Source: Podospora anserina
Taxonomy: Eukaryota
Assembly (NCBI GenBank): GCA_017654855.1
Contig: CM030332.1
Span: forward strand, 3,410,001-3,474,000
DNA: 64,000 nt
Direction of reading: 5' to 3'
The notes beneath the pieces are model-generated. The model saw only the letters and a list, made by a program, of their open reading frames with translations. It was not told where the DNA came from and made no database searches. Positions 12,889-24,755 of the stretch are shown here, in pieces (position 1 is the stretch's first letter; each line of letters begins with the position of its first letter). A program made the translations under genes and the position numbers.

Positions 12889-13499
12889 GAACCCAGAGAG
12901 AGATAGAGAGAGAGAGAGAGAGGGGTCAAGTTAAGGTTGAGGAAGTTAAATTGAATGTCGGTGGAGATGAAGCTATGGGTTAGGGTGGGACAGTAGGGCA
13001 CACTAAGTGACAAAAAGTAATGAGGGGAGGGAGGCGGAGAAGGACAAACTTACATATGCACCGAAGGTCCGCGAAGATCCGAGGTGTCCGGCTTATATAG
13101 CTTTCCAAATACTATTATGCACCATCGAGGCACACGTCAGACTCAAAGTGGTGTGAAAATGTATGGAGATGGATGCTTACGGTATGCAGTCAAATGTTGA
13201 CTAGGATACTTTCGATGCTTCGAAAGCCCAAGACAGGGATCCGTCACCTTATACCCCATACCACCAGCGGCCCAACGATTGACACATGGCCCAACACATG
13301 ATAAGACCAGATATGCAGGGTCGCATTACAACGCTTTCCTGCCAATGGTAAATACAAATAGATATAATGGTATTTAACTCTCAAGACCTTTTATAGCCCC
13401 AAAAACTCCGCTCCCAGGCAGGCGTGCACTACTTCCGTACAACAAGTGTCTCCTGACCCGCCCCCCTTCCCCAGAACCAATCCAGACTCCCCAGCTACA

Positions 13500-16134
13500 T
13501 TACATCCACAACCTCGCCGTTCCATCCGCTCCGGCAGACACACACCACGGTTCTCTCGGGTGCCAGTCGATATCCACGACACCCACTTGGTTGACAACCT
13601 TGTGGCCCTTGAGTTGCTTGACTGGCACGATTGTAGGGCTTTCAAGCTGGTCATTGGGCACCTTGCCATAAAAGATCTGCAACGTGCCGTCGTCACTGGC
13701 GTCTGCGAACAACGGAAGTCCGCCCTTGTGGAACCGCACGGCGCGGATGGCCTTTGGATGGAATCTCATTGTCTTGTGTGGCCGGTTGGACAAGTCAAGG
13801 TCGTGCCAGAGCAACCGCCTATCGTAACTGCCGACAATCAAGTGATCGCCGCCAGAGTGAATGTCAAGTGACGAGATCCTGTAAATTCGTCAGCGAGTCT
13901 CCTCTATCAGTTGGACGTTGGGCAGCATACCATTTAGCACCAGGCTGGACAATCTTGACCAGCTCCACCTTCTGAAGATCATAGCACCGCACTGTGCGCA
14001 TCGTCGCAACGAAGAAGAGTGGCTTCAGCGGGTGGAACACCACAGTCTGTGCAAGACCGTGGAGTTTCCGGAAAGGAATCTGGGTAAGGTGCTTGGACAA
14101 GGTGTGAATCGCCACAGAGCTGCGCTGGCCCTCGGGGGACACTGTCGCAAAGTGATCGCCTCTTCTGTGCCAGGTAATGACCTTGACAGCGGACCTGACT
14201 GTGACCCTGACAAGAACACCTGCGTCTTCAAGCTTGGTGCCAGGTCTGGCCCACTTGCCAGCAGGCTCCTTACCGGGAGCTGTGGCTGGTTGTTGACCGT
14301 TGGTTGCGTAGCCGAAGCCAGCAGCGAGAACATCACGGCTTGCCTGGTCAAGTGTAGGCGTGACGCTCGAGTGTGGCGGAACCATCAAGAAGACATCCTC
14401 ACCCGCAGAAGCAGCAAGGACAAAGGCATCCTTGGTTGGTCTCCAGCGGACGGTATAGACTGGGTCTTCACTGCTCAACTTCACAGACCATACTTGCCGG
14501 CCGGTCAACAACTCCCATACGCGCACAGTGCCGTCACTGCCGCCTGTAGCCAAAGCCACACCGGTCTGTTGGTGGTCAGCATTTTGTCATCTGTGCCCAC
14601 GTATAATCAGAGGAAAACTTACAGGGTCAATCGCGACACTTCTTACCGTGCCCTCGTGACCGCGGAAGATGGTCTGGACAACGGTAGGGAATGGCTTCAA
14701 CTCAGCAGGCGAAGGAAGCTTGGGAAGAAGCGAGTTGGGGTCAATGTTGAGCCTGTTTTTCCGCACACGGGGAGCAAGATAAAGGTCCATGCACCGTTCG
14801 AATCTCTCCTTGACCAAAGTGCCCCACGCAGGTACCTTGCGAAGAGAGTTGAACTTTTGAGGGAGGAACTCCTTCTCGCGGTCCTCAGGGTCAGTCTTCT
14901 CCCACTCTTCGCGTTCTTCCTCTGTTCTGTGAAACTATTAGTCTGTTTGCTTGGGAACAACGAATCTGACCGTCACTTACGGCAAGTACTCCTCAGGAGG
15001 ATTGTAACTCATTTCATAGCCAGGAGGTGGGAGCTTAGGCGCAGGAATGTGCATAGGATTTGGTGCCGCTGGCTCCTCATCTTGCCAAATATCGAACTGA
15101 ACCTCCTCCTTCTCTTCCTCCTCTCTTTCACGCTCCTCAGGAGGCTTGTAAGGAAGGATTCTGCCTTCGCGAATGGCGCGGACCAATTTCATCACCTGCT
15201 TAGCCTCGTTCTTGGATGGCAAGAAGCGCCTCTTGGGTTCGGGGGCCGCGCTGAGGGCTGTTTTGAGGTTAGCTATGATTCAGTTCCACCAATTGACAGG
15301 CGTTTTCTTACGCATCGTTTCTTGCTTGGAAGTAAACCATTCGACGGTATCGGGATATGGGTCATAACCCTCGTCAGGAACAAGACCATGCTGGACACGA
15401 CGGACCAACTCCAGCTCCTCCTGTGTAAGATTGAGCGGGTTTCCGGTGTTGACGTCGGTCAAACCAGTCCAGCCCTTGGGGACCTCAATGGTATCGAGAA
15501 GACTTTGCAGCGCATCGCCAGTGGCTGGGCGCATAATCTTCTTGCCATTGATGTCGTAGCCGATGTGTGGGTAGCTGTCGTAGAAGCTGAGGGGGATGTT
15601 TCCTATCGTGTTAACGGGGCCTTGGGCATCTGAATCGTCGGAATCGTAGACTGGGTCGATTTCACTGTTGACGCCCCCGTATTAGCCCTCCATTTCGCAT
15701 TCCCTAGGTTGCTGCTTTTCTACGTACTCGTAGACATATCTCTCTCCACCATTGGCGTCCTTCACAACTTTGTAATTGCGGTCCTCCTCCTCTTGGTGCT
15801 TTGGCTTTGGGTCAACGCCCGGTTCCGTAATTTCAAGTTCCTCGGCATCCTTGCTGAGCTTCCCCATCTCATCATCTGACGGAATGTCGTCGCTCAAGAG
15901 CGCATCGTCATCCCCCTCTTCCTCCTCCTCCTCCTCCTCGGCGTCCTCGCTACCTTCGCTGACCTCGCTTTCGCTGTCGACATCGTCGATTTCGTCGGAC
16001 GGAATGTAGTCCTCCTCATCTTCGCTGGCCTCCAAAACACCGTCGAAAAGACCATTTGCGAGCTCGTCGTCAGACTCCGAGTCGGATTCCTCGTCCCTCA
16101 CCTTGCGCTTCTTTTCTACCGGTTTTGACTTCAT
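13500..16134 (-). CDS. ERB1: Ribosome biogenesis protein Erb1/BOP1 (PeBoW complex, WD40)
   Basis: Acidic N-terminus, BOP1NT motifs ([39 protein letters not shown]), WD40 C-terminus ending [12 protein letters not shown]. Introns 15665-15727, 14927-14980, 14566-14622, 13879-13930. Confidence 0.97.
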
Positions 16135-17000
16135 TGTGCTGAAATTGACGGGTTAGGATGTCTGGACTGGTTACTATCGCGCTGCAGCCGATGGCCCCAA
16201 AATTTCCATGGACAATCTTTTTTTTTAGCGGATTTCTGCCAATCTTTGGAGTTTTGGCGGGGCCCAGCTCGCTCACCGCTTTTGTGCCAAGAAGCTAACG
16301 TGATGCACTAGCCTGTCTGGGACAAGTCTTGAGTGAGCTCTTGAGAAACTCAAACCCCACCTCATCTGAACTTCTCGACTGCATCTCGAAGGGACTCGAA
16401 TGTTGAACTCGAGATGAAATGTTTTGGACCCAAGTCATACACCTGGGGCATGTGGTTTCGCGCCCGCGCCAATCACCAAACATGCCAGGATATGCATTCG
16501 AACGAGCAATCAACCGTACTCCCACTGACTACGGACAGTGAAAAAGATCCCTGTTAAAGCAGCGTGAGTTACACATGTGAACCTTGATAGCCAAAAGGCG
16601 AGTGCTGACAAATGATACACTCAAAGTGCGGCTCCCTTTATGTATAGGACTGCAAGATAGGCCTCCCCTCCAATGACCAGCGGGAGCGCGATTGAGCCGT
16701 TTTACTTTCACGGAACTTATGAGACGCATTTGGACGATCCTACGCGGGGAGGCTTGTGGTACGAATCCTTTATAGGTACCCCTCGGTTACGTGGATTCGG
16801 ACAAACAGGCCATGTTGCCCTTCAGCTGATATCCCAACCAACCCGTCCTTTTTGTTTATGCTTGCTTACGTTGACCGCCATCTTAAACCTTGCAACCTAC
16901 CGTCCGACGGTTCGCGTCTGTCGAGCAAGTTGTCAACTTAATTATCAATCAACCATCTGTCGATACATATCTATAAGCGACACTCTGGGAGCCACAAAAG

Positions 17001-18541
17001 ATGAGCACAAACACTGCCCGCAAGGCCGGCGAACAGCCAAAGCGTCGTGCCTGCGACGAATGCCGTATGCCGCCCTTGATGATCTTGCTTTGAGGATAGT
17101 CTTCTGACTCTCTACAGGAGGCCGAAAGCTCGCCTGTTCCAAAGAAATCGATGGATGCGCTCGATGCAAGCGCGAAGGCATCAAATGCGTCTACTCGCCT
17201 CAGAAGCCCATGGGAAGGCCGAGAAAACGAGCACATGTTAAGATTGACGCCACTGAAAACACTGAAACCAATGCTCAGAAAGACAAGCCAAATGTCGTTA
17301 CCGCAGAGACTGCACCAGCCCTCCCAGCCCTCCCGGCGAACATCACCCCTATTCCACCTTTCAACCCCGACGACTTTGCCCTTCCAGAGTTCGACCCAAC
17401 CCTCGCCATGGATCTCGACTTCTCCTTCCTCGACATGAGCAACACCGACCTCAACTTCATAGACATCATCGACCCCTCCACTCAATTCCCACCCAACCAG
17501 TACCTCCCCACCGACCCCCTCCCACAACACCTCAACCCATTACCCCCCATCGAGCCCATCAACAAAACCCCCGTATCCGAACCCCCAGGACAGTTCTTCG
17601 CCTTCGGCACCGACCTCGGACAGATCGACTTCAATTCGTCCGTCTGCCAACAACCCCCCACCAGCCAAGCACCCGAGATCTCCCAAGAAGACGTCGCCGA
17701 AATCTTCTCCATCCCCAACAACATCCCCACCATCCCCGACGATTGTTCCGTCCCCAGTCTTTCCCCGGGAGGTAGCTCTTCCTCATCCTCCTCCTCCCCC
17801 AGCGCCGACCCTCATTCCAACGACCCCCCAACATGCAGCTGCCTAGCCTCGCTGTACCTAGCAATGGAATCAGTAAAAGTCCTCCCCAAATCCATCTCCC
17901 GTGCCATGCGCATCACCCGAGCGGCCTCCCGAACAGCCCACGACTCCATCCTCTGCAAAGTCTGCAGCGACGTCCCCTTGTTCAACCCGGATAACCCGGG
18001 CACTTTGGCCAAGCCGCCGATGGTGTCGCTTCAGTCGCTCATGATGCTCGGGGCTCTGCTTCCATCCCTCTCGAACGCGTACATGAGGATATTGACAATG
18101 GTTGATCAGGAGGCTGCTGCTGCTGACAGGGAAAGGCGGAAGATTGTGTTTACGCTTTCCGAGTATGGGGGTTTGTGGGGGACGTTGGCCGAGCAGGAGC
18201 CTTACCAGTGCGGGGCGGCGGAGAAGCTGGAGGGGAGGGTGATGGAGGCGGGGTTGTGGAGGTTGACGGTTAGGGCACTGCTCAAGATTGATGTTTATGG
18301 GGTGCAGGATGTGCAGTGTAGGGATGTGAGGATGTTGGGGTTGAAGGATATTATTGGGATGATGGAGGAGAGGTCGAGGAGGAGGCATAGGTTGATGGAT
18401 GAGTTGGTCGAACGGGGGGTGGTGGGGAGGATGAGGGGGTATGTGAAGTTGGGGGATGGGGAGGTGGGGGGGGAGCAGCCGACTTGTTTGAGGATTATTG
18501 ATATTGCTAAGAGGAGTATGGAGGAGTTGATTATTCCTTAG
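17001..18541 (+). CDS. Zn(II)2Cys6 transcription factor
   Basis: Splicing intron 17065-17117 gives RRACDECRGRKLACSKEIDGCARCKREGIKCVYS followed by PMGRPRKR; C-terminal CSC...CxxC region. Confidence 0.93.
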
Positions 18542-19264
18542 GTTGGGGGATTGATATGGGAAGGAGGGGAGGCAAGAGGTTAGAGGGCCGCAATGTCGAC
18601 CGACTATCTCGAAGATGGCTTCAACATGGAGGCAACAGGCTAGGGGATTACTTGGGTGGATCAAGGGGGGCAAAACGAGCCATGAGATGGCAAATACGGT
18701 GGACTACAGGACAACGCTGTGTTTACAGTTGGATTCAACATGTTGATATCACAAAGACTGTTTAGGATGGAGGACTGAGATGCACGGGAGACATCAAAGC
18801 AGGGGGCTCCCTGCTGGGCAGGTGCTGTGGTGCTCAACGAACTTGAAGGCGTTCCGGACAGGATGTTTGCTTTTTACCCATTGTGAGTTACTGTATAATA
18901 ATATACCGTAGTCTTTGTTTATCAGATACCAACAGCCACAACTCCATACACACCAGCCAACCACCACTCACTCCTGTCCTTGACCATTCGCCATCCGGCC
19001 CTCCACTCTTCCACCCCACCCCATCCATCCCAGCCCCCACCCACCCTTCATAACCCCATTTTCCTTGTTCTCTCTTTCGCACCTCGTCAAGGCAGAACAC
19101 GGCTCGTCGCAGTCGTTAAGCGCGTCCTTGGCTGACTTAGAGTGTCTGCGGGGGAGAACCTCGCAGGCTTGGACACAGTTTCGAACAAAAGATTTAATCA
19201 TCTCATCCGCTGCAGATTACGGTTGGAGAAGGGTCTGCTAACGAGTTTCTGATGATTATGAACA

Positions 19265-20200
19265 TTATAAAAATCCCAAGACGGCGTTTTTTCGTGGCTG
19301 GCCTTGCAGATAGGTTCTGTGGGCAGCGAGCTTTTTTGTGGGTTTTGCTGCTGGTTGGGGGTCAGCTTCACGCAACCTCGAACCTCGTCAGTTCGAGTCC
19401 AGCTTCCAGCAAAGAGAGGATAGGAAAGGTCTCGAAGCAAAATCTCAGTTTGCCTTTTTCCAACTGAAGAAACTGTGAACCGCTCAATGACCTACAACGT
19501 TATGACCCACAGTTTCTTCAAGAAGTGAGCAAGATATGTATATATATATATATATATGGCTTGAGCAATCAAACCGAAGGCGTGGCATGTTCGACATGTC
19601 AAACCGAAGGGTCACGAAACAAGAAAAAAAAGGGTAAAAACTACCAATACCGGCTTTTTTCGTAACCAGCTTTCTACATTGTAGATAGCTGGTGAGCTTT
19701 TTATATTTAGAACAACGGTGTTCTATTCTTTTCCCACTCTCGATGGCGCTTGTGGCATACCCTCATCAAACCAGTCCGATTCCAAGTACCTTATGCCTCC
19801 CTTCTTTTTTAACAGCCTCTCCTCACCCCAAACTAACCCCAAAGCAGCCACCCATCACAACCCCCCCCCCTCATACCCCAACCAATTCCTAACCCAAAGT
19901 ACTGGTGATTTGTCCGCAGCGCAACGGTCAAACACGAGCGCACTTTGGGGGGGTCACGGACGTATATTAAGCTGCCAAAAGCTTAGGATTCGCGTCTCTG
20001 TTGCAGCACAATTCTTCTTCTTCACCTTGTGAACCGTTTCATGACCCACAAGAATTAAGCGGAGAATATGCGGCAACATGAGGACTATGACACACCAGAG
20101 TGTCAAAAAACAGAGTGTTTAAAAACCGACGTAAACAGGTTTTTCGTAACCAGCTACCTGGCCAGTAGTTGGTGAGCTTTTTATGTGTCGCTCTCTTTTG
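19265..20200 (+). ncRNA. Candidate structured non-coding RNA element(s): three copies of TAAAAA-N13-16-TTTTTCGTR-[stem-loop]-GAGCTTTTT
   Basis: Copies at 19287-19337, 19655-19702 and 20140-20182. Flanks are conserved while stems differ in sequence but still pair. G-U pairs favour the + strand. Identity unknown. Confidence 0.45.
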
Positions 20201-20622
20201 CATTATTCAGGTGAATAGAAACAATTGAATTTCAACCACGTCAACTAACAACCCAAAATTGACTCCAACATACGAAAACACATGTTTGCTGTTCCTAAAA
20301 CCATCAACAATTTTCTACATGTCAACAACCCTCAAATGAGAAGAGAAACCGGATAATAGATAAAAATGATGGATGAAGCTACGCCGGTAACATGATTGCC
20401 TGGCCATTTGCATCTGCCCTAGCTTTGACCAACTTGACGCCCTCCTCTCGGTTCCCTTTGCTTGTCCTTCCCCCCGTCCTTAACACCATCCTTGGGCCAG
20501 TTCTTCTCTTCCTCTTTTTGGTATCCTGTGTGCTTTGTGTTCTCATAATTTGTTGTTTTGTATGCGAGAGATGCAATGAATCACGCAGTGTAATTTCAAT
20601 GACAAGACATTTCGCAATGTAT

Positions 20623-21737
20623 CTAGTACACCTTCTTCTTCTCGTCGATGCTGAACTGGCCGGGGCCGCTGTTGACCAGCAGGAGGAGACCACCGACAAT
20701 GGAGAGAATCTGGAAGAAATCGTACTTGGCGAAGTCCTTGTGGGGGTGGTGCTCGTGGAGCTGTTCAATGGGGTTAGCGACTGGCATTTTTTGCTGACTC
20801 GGAGAAAAACTCACAGTCCAGAAGTTGTTCACAATCACGTTGAACACGCTGAGAATGACGACCAACAAGGTGGCGCTGAACTTGGCCTTGAATCCAACAA
20901 CAACCATCACGCAGGCGGCCAGGCCCAACAAGCTGACAATGATGCGGAGAACGGACCACTCGCCAGAGAAAACGAAGCCGATGAAGAGGAAGATGAGCAG
21001 AACACGACCGGCGAGCTGGAAGTACATCTTGCGGTCCTTCTCCTCGAGCTGGGGAAGTCCGGCAAAGGCCTTGGTCTTGCGCACCCACGAGTCGGAGAGA
21101 ACCATCAGGAGACCACCCATGACCGACAGGTTACGCAGGAAGAAGTTGAGGTCAAAGATGAGACCGTACCCGAGAGCCTGCGTGACAACTACACCCATAA
21201 GACCGCAGACGGCGTACTCGGAATGCCGGCGGATGATGACGAGGGTTGAGCAGATGGCCATGACGATAACGTTGGCGATCAGGAAGAGGTGGGTGAGACC
21301 GGAGGGAACTAAAAGACAAGGGTGTCAGTCCTATTGTCGCGAAGCGCATTGCACAAGAGTTCCCCTAGAGCCACGTACTGTGACGGTAGTCATGGAGGTA
21401 AAGAAGCTGGTCGTTCCATTGTGTTATTATTCTGAGAGCGTCTTCGATAAAGGTCACGACGATGAGGAAGCGGCCAATGGCGGGAAGGAAGCTATTCAGG
21501 ACCGAGGTTAGCGATCAAGCCCAGACCCGACGGGAGAAGCCCTCCATATCCGGAGTAGCAATTGACTGCGACATACGGCTTGATAGGCTCGCTGAGGGTA
21601 TCCAAAAGATCCTCAATCTTGCTGGTTTGCTGGCGGATGGTGTCCAGAGGACTCTGTTCCACCCTCTGATCGATGTCTCCGCCAAAGGGCGCCGGCGCGC
21701 CGATGCCGTAGCTGCCCTGTGCTCGCAATTGCGCCAT
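20623..21737 (-). CDS. ERV29: SURF4/Erv29 ER cargo receptor
   Basis: FLPAIGRFLIVVTFIEDA, FFLRNLSVMGGLL, KYDFFQILSIVGGLLLL, C-terminal dilysine DEKKKVY. Introns 21492-21576, 21309-21378, 20761-20814. Confidence 0.97.
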
Positions 21738-24700
21738 TGAGACCGTGTCGGCGGGGGTTACTGGGGAAGAATGGTCGGGTCAGGCGATCGCAGTCCTGCT
21801 GGTAACAATCCGGTTGTTGCGAAGGTGAAGTTGTGACGGGAACAGCTTTGGATTTAAGGAGGGGTCCGCTGGGATTAGCTTTCGTGTGCAGCTTCGGGTG
21901 GATGTCGGCTTGGGCGACAGGGAAGACGGGGATATGGAAAAGATGAAGAGTGCGCCCAGGCAGAAGAGGAAGGATCACGGCGAGCTAATTCACTACCGGG
22001 TGTTGCGAGCGAGACGCTTGTGCTGGGGTTGGTTTGTTGGAGTGGTGAGATTTTGAGGTTCTGAGCTCGGATGGGTCTATCTACAACTGTGTCCTTAACC
22101 AACGTCAACCCACGGCCGCCGCAAGGAAAGGGCGAGGATCGTGGGTGGGAGGCGTAGTGGGGCGGTACCCCGGGCTTAGCCGCTACAAGTCGACGGTTCA
22201 TCCCTGAGCCGTGCTGAACGCTAGGCTTCAGGTACCCTCTAACAGGAGCTACCTCCCCAGCCCCGCTCCAGGAGTTGTTTCGCCAGTGGCCAGATCGAAC
22301 AAAATACCCGAGGCCGAAAGAAACCACCGCCTCGACCAGTACGTTTGTTTCTTTTATTCTTCTGTGGGTTCATTTCACTCTCCGAGAGATGCTAATTGTA
22401 TCAAACGGGGCTAGGCATCTGTTCGGAACCCGCAGCTTCGGGCACCCAGCAAAGATGGACGTCATCGATTCTATTGGACAGCTTCAACCTCACACATTCC
22501 TCGAGGCACTCACTCACTCCCAAGACGTGATGCTATCAAATGGATTGAGTACCTGCCACTTCCGAGTAGCAGTTTATCTGGCCACACTTCCGCCGTATGT
22601 GTCCTGGGCGGACGGCTAAGTATGGATCCATTGCTCCAAAAGCCCGCAGGTGATGCGGGGGAGGTGCAGTAAAGGGTAGGTATCCTTCCGGGCGGAGACC
22701 TCGGGTCGGCCCACCGTTTCCGGCCTTCTTCGGAGGGTATAGCTCGGGCCCGTTCCTGGGTACCGGCTACCTAGCGCTGTTGCTCTAGATAAACTGCATC
22801 TCCAGCCACCATTTCCATTCTATAATATTCCTTGAAAATTGGTTGCTGACCTGACTGGACACTTCCCTCAATCAACTGATTGCGAGTCTGAGAGACGTGC
22901 TTAAGCGGCTGGCTTTGACCTCGGCCAAGACAAAGAGCAACATTTTATTGTGTTCTTTTATGCTGATCGTTTTTGTTTCGCAGAAAACTTTTCATAAGAG
23001 GAAAGAGCAAATTGAACTACAAGCGACGGCAAGCCTGAGCGTAGAAGCTTACTCACAAAGAGAAGGACTAGTCAAATCCTGTCATTGTGTTCGGGTTTTG
23101 GGTCGAGGCTTTATCTTTTTTGACAAGCAGTCAACACTGATTGGCCCCTCCCTTTCTTGTCAAAGATCAAAATCTTCAACGACCCAGCACAGAGACCCGG
23201 GCTTCTGCCAAGTAACATGAAATACCTACTACCGAACAGGCCGCCCCGAGCCACCGATATCTTTTCCCCTCATCGGACCGAGTCCCTTGACCTCTCCTTG
23301 TCTCCCATGTGGCCACGGCGAAGCCGCGCAAAGGAAGCAGCTCAACTTTCCACGCGTGATCTTCAAGACCATCGCCGACAAATCCTGCCAACTTAATGAC
23401 CTGCCAGGGGGGAGGCAAGATCTGATGTCAGTGAAACAGACCAAAAAGAGATCAAAGTAACACGAACCACAGTCCAGACAATATGCCCAACTTATACACC
23501 AGATCATCCTTCAAGAATAAGCGCCCATATCAAGTGTTGGCCACATAGTCTAATAGAAACGAAACATGATTGTGCCATGACCACACAGCTACCGGGACTG
23601 AATTCCGTCGGGAAACAAGAACATCAGGCTTACCACGCCGTTGAAACGAGGTCTGACTTGACCCCCAAAATAATCTGTAGCCAACCAGAGGGTAAGACTA
23701 CCACACCAAAGTCCCGTTTAGGAAGGCCGAGATGGAGGGTGGGGGAAGTCCAGTACACACACCTCTCCTCCATCAGAAAGACAGAATAAAAACGCCTCAC
23801 CCGCGATGTGAAAAGTGGCAGAGAGGCGAGCCCGTCCGCCCGTCAACTTTACATATGCAAATCATCGTGCTCCTGTGTCTTCAGCGAACACATCTAAGCA
23901 GGTTACTTACTCACCTCTCAAGTTAGGTGTATGCTAGCGAAAGCCAAGAGCTCTTGATTAAAAGCTCAGGTACAGCCGTTAGTTGCTAGCTGAAGAACCA
24001 AAATCCCACCTAAATAGCCTGATAGACTTGCAGTGCTTGCGTACACACACATCCCCAGAAATAGCCCCCCCCCCTCCCTTGCTCCACTTTGGCCAAACTC
24101 CCCAGATTTCTGGTTTGAGAAGATCAATAAGCGATTCAGCGCGGCTATTTCATCTTCTGGAGGGTAAATGTGCCGTATTGGCACTTATATGATCACGCAA
24201 CTAGACATCCAGATACGCACACTCCCAGCTGATGTACGCTCGGCAGTGCTGGGCTCTGCCATCCCAGATACAACCTCGCAAAGGCCTGATCAGCGACCCT
24301 CCTCCCACATCCCACCTCGTTTGCCTCCCGCATCCCACTGGCTTGGGCCAACAGCCGGGTCGGATTGGGAGGTGCGAGATTGGGGATGCAGGGTACGGGC
24401 TTCATCTCAATTTGTTTCGTCAATGTACCTCATCGTCACGAGATGAGAATAACTCGCTCGTCAGGGGTCAGCATCTTTGACGGCCCATTCGGCTTGCCTC
24501 ATATTTTACAGCTCAAGCAGCTCATCCAACGATGTGATGATCGTGTAAATTTGAACTCATGTAATTCAAAGACTCGAGAGTCATCACGGTGTATCTAGCA
24601 TGGAGTAACCAAACACTTGAAATTTACATCCAAGCCCCTAGAATAATATCATAACCAAGGACGCCAAACCCATGTCTCAATCCCCACCTTTCCCTTCCAG

Positions 24701-24755
24701 TGGTATCTACCCACCTACCCAAGATTATATACCAAGCAAAAAAAAAAAAAAATTC

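Noticed and set aside
13918-15633. 571-aa plus-strand ORF (and similar long antisense ORFs over ERV29, RAD2 and MNR2)
   Set aside because: Antisense shadows of codon-biased conserved genes.
19350-19415. GTTCGAGTCC B-box / tRNA T-loop-like motif
   Set aside because: No cloverleaf, D-arm or acceptor stem can be built.
19443-19470. Hairpin with loop TGCCTTTTTCC resembling U5 snRNA loop 1
   Set aside because: The invariant GCCUUUUAC is mismatched, there is no downstream Sm site, and the 3' arm is better used in the 13-bp inverted repeat.
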